The notes under the pieces: generated by a model
The model's database searches: none
The model's input: the letters and a program-made list of their open reading frames with translations, nothing else
What the model was told of the DNA's origin: nothing
NCBI RefSeq assembly: GCF_001457615.1
Contig: NZ_LN831024.1
Span: 2,970,001-3,002,000, forward strand
Reading direction: 5' to 3'
DNA length: 32,000 nucleotides
Source of the DNA: Pseudomonas aeruginosa
Lineage (GTDB): Bacteria > Pseudomonadota > Gammaproteobacteria > Pseudomonadales > Pseudomonadaceae
Shown: positions 1 through 7,282 of the stretch, piece by piece
How positions within the stretch are numbered: position 1 is the first letter of the stretch
Layout of the letters: the number at the start of each line of letters is the position of its first letter
Position numbers and translations under genes: made by a program

Positions 1-321
1 GAAAGCAGCCTGTTCGGCGAACTGGTGTGGAAGCCCGCGGAGGGCATCAGCATGGGCTGGGAAGGCATGTACCGCAGCCAGGTCTACGTCGAGGACAGCA
101 ACAGCGAAAAGGCCGCGCCGAGCTATGCGGTATTCAACTGGCGCACCCGCTTCGAGCAGCGCCTGGGAGCCTGGGCCTTCCACCAGCTGGTGCGCCTGGA
201 CAACCTGTTCGACCGCCAGTACGTCGGCTCGGTCATCGTCGGCGACGGCAACCGGCGTTACTACGAAGCGGCCCCCGGGCTGTCCTGGTACGCGGGAGCC
301 GGGGTCGAATACCAATTCTGA
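1..321 (+). CDS. TonB-dependent outer-membrane receptor, C-terminal fragment (5' part outside window)
   Basis: Frame 1 is open from base 1 to TGA 319-321. The tail ...RLDNLFDRQYVGSVIVGDGNRRYYEAAPGLSWYAGAGVEYQF has the alternating beta-strand pattern and terminal aromatic residue typical of TonB-dependent receptor barrels. Confidence 0.8.
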   Translation, partial: ESSLFGELVWKPAEGISMGWEGMYRSQVYVEDSNSEKAAPSYAVFNWRTRFEQRLGAWAFHQLVRLDNLFDRQYVGSVIVGDGNRRYYEAAPGLSWYAGAGVEYQF

Positions 322-384
322 AGTGCCGGATGCGCTTGTTCGCGCTACCCGGCCAGCCCTTGTCAGCGTCGTCAATTCCGATTA

Positions 385-400
385 CTGTATGGATGTACAG
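385..400 (+). promoter_or_regulatory. LexA (SOS) box CTGTATGGATGTACAG at the centre of a 34-bp palindrome (376-409)
   Basis: Matches the gamma-proteobacterial CTGT-N8-ACAG consensus with TA flanks (TACTGTATGGATGTACAGTA), 41 nt upstream of ATG 442. It overlaps a candidate sigma70 promoter: -35 TTGTCA 360-365, 17-nt spacer, -10 TACTGT 383-388. Confidence 0.8.
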
Positions 401-441
401 TAATCGGAAATCGCCTGCCTGCGCGACAAGGAGCACCGATC

Positions 442-729
442 ATGAGCCACAACCTTGCCGAACTGCCGCTGTCCCGACGCCGCGCCCTGGAGCGCGAGAA
501 ACAGGCCTGCCTGCGCCTCCACCTGTCCCGCAATCGTGCCAGCGAACGCCTGGAGCGCGCCGTGCGCGACGAAGTCGAGCGCCTGCTGGGTGCCCGCGAA
601 CGCCAGGGGGCCGGCTGGCCGGAGTGGGTCAGCGCGGAGCTCTGCGTGGCGGACGACCCGCTCTTCGTGCGCAAGGTGGTGGCGCGCCTGAAAGCCGCGG
701 TGGACTGGCAACGCCAGCGCGCAGCCTGA
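442..729 (+). CDS. Small (95 aa) Arg/Glu-rich, probably helical protein of unknown function; predicted SOS-inducible
   Basis: ATG is preceded by AAGGAG (428-433, 8-nt spacing), with the SOS box directly upstream. I recall the PAO1 equivalent (PA2288) being listed in the LexA regulon. No recognisable domain. Confidence 0.7.
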   Translation: MSHNLAELPLSRRRALEREKQACLRLHLSRNRASERLERAVRDEVERLLGARERQGAGWPEWVSAELCVADDPLFVRKVVARLKAAVDWQRQRAA

Positions 730-741
730 GCGTTGCTCGCT

Positions 742-1377
742 TCAGGCCCCGCTGCCGTCGCTCCCGGGCGCGCGATGATGTTGCAGGGCGCGCTGGCGAT
801 GGCCGGCGAGGATGTACCGGTAGATCAGTCGTGCGAGTGGCTCCAGCTCCATTTTCTGGCCGTTCAGCGCGGCGCCGCACAGCGCCAGCTTGACCCGCTT
901 GCCGCCGGCCACCGCGCGGGCTTCGGGGCGGGCGAAAGCCCGCGGGTCGAAACGGGCATGGCTGTCGAAGCGCGGTGCCGTGCAATCGAAGGTGGTCGCG
1001 AAGGTGAGTTCCAGCCAGCGCCCGCGCTCGATCTCCAGCGACTGGAAGGTGTACATCGGCACCTGCGGCGCGTTGGCGAAGGCGATGCTCTCCGGCGTCA
1101 GGGTGAGCGCGACCTGGCCGTGGCGCCGGTAGAGGAACACGCCCGCCAGGCAGGCGTACAGGCCGCCGCCCAGCAGCAGCGCGGCTGGCAGCCAGAACAG
1201 CCATTGGCCACTGGCCAGGCGCCAGGCGTTGGGCAGCGAAGCGAGCCAGAGACCGGTGGCGCCAGCCACCAGGCCAGCGAGCAGGGCAACGCAGGCGGTG
1301 CCCCGCGAGACCTCGCGGATCTCGCAGCGGGCTTCCAGCGGCGGCAGTTCGTCGAGGGTTTCGTCAGTTTCTTGCAT
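742..1377 (-). CDS. TM-hairpin protein, paralog C of the M48 operon (unknown function)
   Basis: ATG 1377 (alternative GTG 1389) overlaps the stop of the upstream M48 gene (1364-1366) by 14 nt. Two adjacent hydrophobic helices are followed by a beta-rich domain and a C-terminal helix. It shares the blocks KRVKLALCGAALNGQKM and LIYRYILAGHRQRAL with the ORFs at 2909-3571 and 3568-4239. Confidence 0.7.
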   Translation of the reverse strand: MQETDETLDELPPLEARCEIREVSRGTACVALLAGLVAGATGLWLASLPNAWRLASGQWLFWLPAALLLGGGLYACLAGVFLYRRHGQVALTLTPESIAFANAPQVPMYTFQSLEIERGRWLELTFATTFDCTAPRFDSHARFDPRAFARPEARAVAGGKRVKLALCGAALNGQKMELEPLARLIYRYILAGHRQRALQHHRAPGSDGSGA

Positions 1378-2908
1378 GGGGATTCTCACAGGTCTTGCCG
1401 AGCAGGTCGGCGCTGAGCGCTCGGCTCAACGCCAGGGGGGCGCCGAACCAGACGCCCAGCGCCTGGCTCGGCGGTCGTGTCGGAACGGCCCGGCCGGCGG
1501 TCCCGGCCCAGGTGCGTTCGAAGCTCTCTCCCAGCGCCGTGCAGCGCAGGCCCAGCGGAGGGTGGGTATCCTGCGGATGGACCTGGAGTCCCTCCGCCCC
1601 GGGGGCCGGTGCTTCCAGGCCGGACTGGCCCAGGTAGACGTGGATGGCGTCCACCAGGTTGTCCGGCGCGCGCGCCGGAGCGAGCAGGCAGTGTTCGAGG
1701 AACGCCCGTATCGGCGCGCCGGCCGCCGCGCTGCGCAGCAGGGCCGAGGCCATCGCCGGCGCACCGGCCAGTTGTGCGGCGCGGCGGTCGGCGGCGAATT
1801 CGCGCAGGCGGCTCCAGTGGTTCACGGCGAGGCCGAAACGTTCGAGGAAGTACCCGGCCAACAGTCGCGCCGGTTCCAGTGCCGCACGTTCGAAGACGTT
1901 GGCTTCCTGCTCCTCGATGGCGGCCAGTTGGCTCGCGGCGCCCTGGTAGATCGGCAGGAAGTGCAGGCTGTAATGGGCGTCGCGGCCGGCGAAGTGGGCC
2001 AGTTCGTGAGCGATCACTGCACTCAGTTCGGCGCGGTCCAGCAGGCCCAGCAACGGTAGCGAGAGGTATAGGCTGCGTCCTTGCAGATGCTCGCCGGAAG
2101 GTTGCAGGCAGACGCGGTTGGCGGTCACGTAGAAGCCGTCGCAGAGACCTACCAACAGGTGCTGCGGGGCTGGCGTGTCGAGGCGCGCCGCCAGCTCGCG
2201 CAGTAGCGTCCAGAGTTCCGGTGCATCCTCTTCGCCCAGCCGGCGGCCGATGACATCCAGGGCCGGCGCCGGGCGCAGGCGCAAGCGGCTGATCTTCGCC
2301 AGCATTTGCCACGCCGACGCCAGCAGGCCGAGAAGGATCAGCGCCACGCTCAGTTGGGTGCGTCCTTCGCTGACCGGAACCTGGCCGACCCGCCACAGCC
2401 CGAGGATCTCGAACGTTCCGGCACAGGCCAGGGCCAGGGCGAGCAGGCCGATCTGGGCGAGGAGCAGGCAGGGCAGCAGGCGTCGGCCCAGCTCGAACCA
2501 CAGGAGCAGGCAGCGACGCGAGCGCAGTGCGCTGCGTGCGGCGCCGGCGATGCCGGCCAGGGAGACGGCTCCCAATACGGCGACCAGCGCCGCCAGGCAG
2601 GCTCCGCTATCGGCGAGGACGGCGGCGAAGCGATTCAGGCGCTGTGCGCTTCGTGTGTCGGCGAGTCGCTCGTCGAGCCGCGCCAGGGCCAGGTCGCGCA
2701 CATAGGCCCGGCCGTCCACCCGGACGCTGGCCCTCGGCGGCAGCGCCCGCGCTTCGGCGAGCGCGCGCTCGACCCGCTGCTGCGCGGCGCCCAGTCGCTC
2801 GGCCTGCTGCTCGGCGCGCCAGGACTGCCAGGCGCCGAGCCCCGCCAGCAGCGCTGGAACCAGCACCAGGCAAAGCAGCAGCCTTCGCGGATGGACCGTG
2901 CCCTTCAC
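1364..2908 (-). CDS. Polytopic membrane M48-family Zn-metalloprotease (paralog 1, 514 aa)
   Basis: HELAH lies at 1994-2008, followed by WSRLREFAADRRAA (M48 RxxExxAD block) and a C-terminal THPP motif. The N-terminal third has about 4 hydrophobic segments. GTG start 2908 abuts the TGA of the upstream gene (2909-2911). Confidence 0.85.
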   Translation of the reverse strand: MKGTVHPRRLLLCLVLVPALLAGLGAWQSWRAEQQAERLGAAQQRVERALAEARALPPRASVRVDGRAYVRDLALARLDERLADTRSAQRLNRFAAVLADSGACLAALVAVLGAVSLAGIAGAARSALRSRRCLLLWFELGRRLLPCLLLAQIGLLALALACAGTFEILGLWRVGQVPVSEGRTQLSVALILLGLLASAWQMLAKISRLRLRPAPALDVIGRRLGEEDAPELWTLLRELAARLDTPAPQHLLVGLCDGFYVTANRVCLQPSGEHLQGRSLYLSLPLLGLLDRAELSAVIAHELAHFAGRDAHYSLHFLPIYQGAASQLAAIEEQEANVFERAALEPARLLAGYFLERFGLAVNHWSRLREFAADRRAAQLAGAPAMASALLRSAAAGAPIRAFLEHCLLAPARAPDNLVDAIHVYLGQSGLEAPAPGAEGLQVHPQDTHPPLGLRCTALGESFERTWAGTAGRAVPTRPPSQALGVWFGAPLALSRALSADLLGKTCENPHARN

Positions 2909-3571
2909 TCAGCCCTGGCTGCGCAGTTGTTGCAGGTAGCGCTGGGCGTGGGCGGCCTGGATGTAGGCGTCGAGGATCGCCGCCATGTCGTCGCAGTCCA
3001 GCTTCTTGCCATCGCTCTGCAGGCCGGCCGACATGATGGTGATGCGCGGGTCCTTGCCTTTGAAGGCCATGGCCTGGGAGGCGAACACCTGGCGTACGGC
3101 GCGATGGGTCGGCAGCGGCGTTTCGGGCCGCAGGTGGAGGGTCTGGGTGGTTTGCAGCATGTCGGCCTTGACGCTGAAATCGATGACGTCGGCCAGCTCG
3201 ACCGGAGCCGACAGGCTGTCGGCCCAGAGCTGGGTACGGGTCAGGCGCATGAAGGGGGTCTTGCCGGAGTTGCGATGCTGGTAGCCGAGGAACAGCCCGA
3301 ACAGGCCGAGCAGCAAGCCGACGACGCCGACCCCCGGCTTGCCCTGGGAGAACCACATGCCGGTCATGATGAAGGGCACGATGCTCAGCAGCGGACCCAG
3401 CACCACGTACTTGCGGGTATTGGTGAACTCGGTGGCCGGCGGTACGTTGGCGATCACCCGCTCCAGGTGGGCGATGACCTCGGCGGTCTTCGCCTGGTTC
3501 AGCTCTTCGTGTTCGGCACCGAGGGTTTCGGCGAGGTTGGAGACGAGGTCCCGGGGTTCCTGGTTGCTCAT
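2909..3571 (-). CDS. TM-hairpin protein, paralog B of the M48 operon (220 aa, unknown function)
   Basis: ATG 3571 is preceded by AAGGA and forms an ATGA overlap with the stop of the upstream gene (3568-3570). It has a helical N-terminus, two TM helices (VVLGPLLSIVPFIMTGMWF / VGVVGLLLGLFGLFLGY), then a domain with SLSAPVELADV, PRITIMSAGLQSDGKKL and a terminal helix ILDAYIQAAHAQRYLQQL. Confidence 0.8.
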   Translation of the reverse strand: MSNQEPRDLVSNLAETLGAEHEELNQAKTAEVIAHLERVIANVPPATEFTNTRKYVVLGPLLSIVPFIMTGMWFSQGKPGVGVVGLLLGLFGLFLGYQHRNSGKTPFMRLTRTQLWADSLSAPVELADVIDFSVKADMLQTTQTLHLRPETPLPTHRAVRQVFASQAMAFKGKDPRITIMSAGLQSDGKKLDCDDMAAILDAYIQAAHAQRYLQQLRSQG

Positions 3572-4239
3572 GGAAATATCCTTGGAGTTGGGAGTGAAGA
3601 GGAAGCACTGGGCGGGATCTCGCCCAGTTGGCGGAGCCGGGCCTGGGCGCGGGCGATGTCCAGGTAGAGGTCGATGACCTCCGCGGCTTCCAGTAGCGAC
3701 AGGTTGCGACCGTTGAGGCGCCAGCCGGGGGACAGCAGGCGAACCCGTGGGCCGTCCCGGCATTCGCTGACGGCACGCGCGGCGAACGGATCGAGCGGGC
3801 GCGTGGATGGTGCCGGTAGCGCCTTGCCGTGCAGTTCGAGGACTATCGCGGAGAACCAGACCCCGTCCTCCAGGCGCAGGTCGGCGACCTCCAGCAGGTC
3901 CAGCGGCGCCGACAGGCTACGGGCGCGCAGGCGCCCCTGGCCGAGGACGAGGAACGGCGCGTTCCTGGCGTTGCGCTGCAGGCAGGCCAGGCACATGAGG
4001 AGGGCGGCCGCCGCCAGCAGGCACAGCGCCGCCGCCTCATGGCCGGGACCGGGGTGGTCGCGCAAGGTCCAGGCGCCGCCGAGCAGCAGCAGGCCGAGCA
4101 GGGCGGACAGCGGCGCCGCGCCACGGGCGGCGCCGATGCTTATCCGGTTGGGGACGCTGGCGACGAAGCGCCGCAACTGCGTGGCTTCGTCGCCCCTTGT
4201 CCCGGGGGGGCAGGGCGTTTGCGCGCCCGGCGGGATCAC
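3568..4239 (-). CDS. TM-hairpin protein, paralog A of the M48 operon (about 223 aa, unknown function)
   Basis: This is the C-terminal third of the 619-aa track ORF. GTG 4239 forms a GTGA overlap with the stop of the M48 gene (4236-4238); TTG 4176 is an alternative start. It contains SLSAPLDLLEV, PRVRLLSPGWRLNGRNL and VIDLYLDIARAQARLRQL, which align with paralog B. Confidence 0.7.
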   Translation of the reverse strand: MIPPGAQTPCPPGTRGDEATQLRRFVASVPNRISIGAARGAAPLSALLGLLLLGGAWTLRDHPGPGHEAAALCLLAAAALLMCLACLQRNARNAPFLVLGQGRLRARSLSAPLDLLEVADLRLEDGVWFSAIVLELHGKALPAPSTRPLDPFAARAVSECRDGPRVRLLSPGWRLNGRNLSLLEAAEVIDLYLDIARAQARLRQLGEIPPSASSSLPTPRIFP

Positions 4240-5693
4240 CGGCTTTCCCCGTGGCCTGCATCGAGCAGGCGGTTGAGCCACTGCGTGTCGTCGGCGCTGA
4301 CGATGCGCCTTGCCTGTCGCAGCAGATCGTCGTCGAGCGCCAGGGAAAGGTCCGCGATCCGCTGGAAGGTCGGCGGGTGACTGTCGAAGGGGTGTTCCAG
4401 GCGGCGAGCGCTGTCGTGTTCGTCCAGTTCCAGGGAGTTCCCGCGCAGATGGTCGGTCAGCGCATGCACCAGGTTGCGCGTCTGCGGGCTGGCCAGCAGG
4501 CGTTCGATCAGTCCTGCAAGGGCGCAGGTGCGTAGCAGCGCGATGGCGAAGACCCGCGCGCCGGCTACCCGCGCCCCGACCTTGTCGGCGGCCAGTTCCT
4601 GGCGGCGATTCCAGTGCAGGTAGGCGCGCTCGAAGCGATCGAGGAAGTACAGCGCGGCCCACAGGCCCGGCTTGCCGAGCAGGCCGACATGCCCATCCTC
4701 GGGGGCGGCGATGCGTTCGATGCGCAGGCGCACCTGCCGCTGCAGGAGCGACAGGGATGCACCGTGGGCGGTGTCGCCGGCGGCGAAGTGGCCCAGTTCG
4801 TGGCCGATGATCGCGGCGCTTTCGGCCTCGCTCATGACCGAGGCATAGGTCAGCGGGATGTACAGGGTACGCCCCTCCAGCGGAATGCCGCGGGGCGCCA
4901 GCAGGACCTTGGCCTGGGTGACGAAGTAGCAGTGCTCGATGCCGGTGACGACATGGTCCGGTAGCGGCGCTCCGGCGCGGTCGGCGATCTGTCCCAGCCA
5001 TTGCCAGAGGCCGGGCGCGGCGACCCGGTCGAGTTCGCGGCCGAGCAGGTGGAGCACCGGTTCCTCCAGCGGCAGCAGTTCGCCGCGCAGGCGCCGCAGC
5101 ATGAGCAGGCCGCCGAGGAACAGCAGCCACAGCGGCAGCGAGAAGAGCAGGGCGACGAAGCCGTGGCTGTGCCAGTGGCTGTAGCTCCACAGCGCTTCGT
5201 AGAGCAACTGGCTGGCCAGGGCGGCGACCAGCAGGCCAGCGTGCAGCGGGACCAGTCGACCGAGGCGCCGCCAGGCCGGCGCGAGGTGGCCGAGCAGGTA
5301 GGCTTGCGAGCGCATCGAGCGGCGCCCGTCGTATTCCAGTCTCGCCAGCAAGGCGGCCGCGACCAGCGCCGACGCCAGCGCGCAGAGCTTGCCGATAGCG
5401 GCCAGCCAGCCGCGCAGAGCCAGCCAAGGATGGTCGCGGCGGATGGCCTCGGCGTCTTCGGCGAACTGGTGAAGATGACCTTCGACGCCATAGGCCGGAC
5501 GGAACAGGTGACGGGGAATGGCGCCGGCGGCGTCCGGGTCGTTGCGCACCGAGGCGCTCCAGTCGCGCATGAACTGTTCGTCGCGCAGGGTCGAGTCGAC
5601 CCGGAAGGCCTGCACGGCGGACCAGGCGTAGAGCGCCAGGGGAATCAGGAAGAGGAATGCGAGCAGCCTTACCCGCAGCGTATCGTGGCTCAT
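4236..5693 (-). CDS. Polytopic membrane M48-family Zn-metalloprotease (paralog 2, 485 aa)
   Basis: HELGH lies at 4788-4802, followed by WNRRQELAADKVGA and SHPPTFQRIADL, which is the HtpX/Ste24-type M48 signature. It has the same N-terminal architecture as 1364-2908 (TM1, about 60-aa loop, three further TMs). The ATG is 6 nt after the TAA of the upstream gene. Confidence 0.85.
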   Translation of the reverse strand: MSHDTLRVRLLAFLFLIPLALYAWSAVQAFRVDSTLRDEQFMRDWSASVRNDPDAAGAIPRHLFRPAYGVEGHLHQFAEDAEAIRRDHPWLALRGWLAAIGKLCALASALVAAALLARLEYDGRRSMRSQAYLLGHLAPAWRRLGRLVPLHAGLLVAALASQLLYEALWSYSHWHSHGFVALLFSLPLWLLFLGGLLMLRRLRGELLPLEEPVLHLLGRELDRVAAPGLWQWLGQIADRAGAPLPDHVVTGIEHCYFVTQAKVLLAPRGIPLEGRTLYIPLTYASVMSEAESAAIIGHELGHFAAGDTAHGASLSLLQRQVRLRIERIAAPEDGHVGLLGKPGLWAALYFLDRFERAYLHWNRRQELAADKVGARVAGARVFAIALLRTCALAGLIERLLASPQTRNLVHALTDHLRGNSLELDEHDSARRLEHPFDSHPPTFQRIADLSLALDDDLLRQARRIVSADDTQWLNRLLDAGHGESR

Positions 5694-5699
5694 CCGCGT

Positions 5700-6128
5700 T
5701 TATTTCTGCTCGAGGTAGTCGGTCAGGAATGCCTGGGGCTCGCCTGCGGACGACAGCGACTCGCTATAGGCGACCTGCCGCGTCTGCTGTTCGCCGGGCA
5801 GGTAGAGCTCGCCCCAGCCGTCGCGCACGATCAGGATCACATACTTGCTGCCGTTCAGTTCGGTGGAATAGCGACTGTCCCTGGCGCTCTTTTCCACCTT
5901 TACCTTGTGGATCAGGCGGTCCCAGTCGTGGTCCAGTCCTTCGACCTGCAACAGCGCTTCGTCGGCCGCCGCTTCGCCGATACGCAGGGTCCAGACCTTG
6001 AGCCCCTGCTGGCCCTGGTAGGCCACCACCTTGTCGGCGACTGGCGGCCGCGCCTCTTCGGCCTGCGCCGTGCAGGATCCCCACGCCAGTGCGCCCATCA
6101 GCAGCGCCGCAGTCCACTTTGCTATCAT
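5700..6128 (-). CDS. Small secreted/periplasmic protein (142 aa), first gene of the M48 operon
   Basis: The internal ATG 6128 is preceded by AGGGGG. The N-terminus MIAKWTAALLMGALAWGSCTAQA/EE looks like a Sec signal peptide with an AxA cleavage site. No recognisable domain. Confidence 0.7.
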   Translation of the reverse strand: MIAKWTAALLMGALAWGSCTAQAEEARPPVADKVVAYQGQQGLKVWTLRIGEAAADEALLQVEGLDHDWDRLIHKVKVEKSARDSRYSTELNGSKYVILIVRDGWGELYLPGEQQTRQVAYSESLSSAGEPQAFLTDYLEQK

Positions 6129-6325
6129 TCTCGCCCCCTTTGGCAACGCGATGTAAAAGGGGCGCATCTATTAATACAGGCGCGAGCCACGAACAACCGA
6201 GGCGGCCGCCGCTCACAGGAAAAGCGTCGTCGCCCACAGGTTCGGTTCGATCAGCGCACGGAACCATCCTGGAAAGCCGATGCCTGAACCGGTTCAGATG
6301 GTTGCGTCCCACCGATACCTACGCC

Positions 6326-7270
6326 ATGGAAAGCTGGAATCCCTACCACGACACGGAGCTCTATTTCGACGCTCCTTCACCCCTGTGCCAGTCGCAGATC
6401 CTCGACGCGCGCGAAATGCTCGGCAGCGCCACCGGTCACTACCAGGCGCGGACGGTGCGCCCGTCGATGCAGTATTTCGATTGCGACCTGAGCTTCACCG
6501 AGCCGCTGCGAACCCACAAGGTGCTGCCGGAAGGCCTGTGCATCGTGCAGATGTTCGATGGCCAGTGGCGGCACAGCGTCGACGGCGGCGAGCCTTATCT
6601 CTACAACCTGGGCGGTCCTTCGGTGCTCGGCACCGGCGAGCCGATGGAGGCCTTCGATATCCTGCCGGCGGGCAGCCGCGTGCGCCTGGGCGGGCTGCGG
6701 ATCGCCGCCAGCTATCTGGAAGAGGAACTGGAAACCGGCGATGGCGCCTTGCGGCCGCTGGCGCGGCTGAAGGGCGACGGCGCGAGCTTTACCCAGTTGT
6801 CCCGTTGCGGCGCCATCACCGCCCTGTTCGAGCGCCTCTACCAGAATCCATACCGCGGCGCCCTCGGACGCCTGCACGAAGAGAGCCTGACCCTGGGCCT
6901 GCTGGTGGAGCTGGCCGCCTACCTGGGCGGCGCGGACCTTCGTCGCGCGCGCACCCCACGCGCCCAGCGCGACCTGGCCCATGAAGCGCGCCGCCTGCTG
7001 GAGGCGAACCTCGGTGAGCCGCCGGCCAGCCTCGAACTGGCGCGCCAACTGGGGGTCGGCGAAACCACCCTGCGGCGGATTTTCAAGAACGAGTTCGGTC
7101 GCTCGATGTTGCAGTACGTCCGCGACCGGCGTCTCGAGATCGGCCGGCAGATGGTCCGCGAGGGTCGCTGGCAGATCGCGCAGATAGCCTATCGCCTGGG
7201 TTACTCCAGTCCGGAAAACTTCACCCATGCCTACCGCGCGCGCTTCGGCCATCCGCCGGGGCGCGAGTGA
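6326..7270 (+). CDS. AraC/XylS-family transcriptional regulator (314 aa), divergent from the M48 operon
   Basis: The C-terminal double HTH reads ...LARQLGVGETTLRRIFKNEFGRSMLQYVRDRRLEIGRQMV...IAQIAYRLGYSSPENFTHAYRARFGHPP. The start is taken at the first internal Met because the track start 6089 would overlap the divergent gene. Confidence 0.85.
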   Translation: MESWNPYHDTELYFDAPSPLCQSQILDAREMLGSATGHYQARTVRPSMQYFDCDLSFTEPLRTHKVLPEGLCIVQMFDGQWRHSVDGGEPYLYNLGGPSVLGTGEPMEAFDILPAGSRVRLGGLRIAASYLEEELETGDGALRPLARLKGDGASFTQLSRCGAITALFERLYQNPYRGALGRLHEESLTLGLLVELAAYLGGADLRRARTPRAQRDLAHEARRLLEANLGEPPASLELARQLGVGETTLRRIFKNEFGRSMLQYVRDRRLEIGRQMVREGRWQIAQIAYRLGYSSPENFTHAYRARFGHPPGRE

Positions 7271-7282
7271 GGCGGACGCGGT

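Noticed and set aside
27-893. 288-aa plus-strand ORF and the minus-strand ORFs 372-711 across the SOS-gene region
   Set aside because: They cross the receptor stop, the SOS box and the convergent gene. They have Arg/Pro-rich composition and no SD. The 442-729 frame has an SD and promoter context.
4240-5427. Upstream two-thirds of the 619-aa minus-strand ORF (3568-5427)
   Set aside because: It is Arg/Pro/Ala-rich low-complexity translation, out of frame with the M48 gene on the same strand, and that gene carries clear HEXXH/ExxAD motifs. Only the last 223 codons, from the GTGA-coupled GTG at 4239, show paralogy to the neighbouring hairpin protein.
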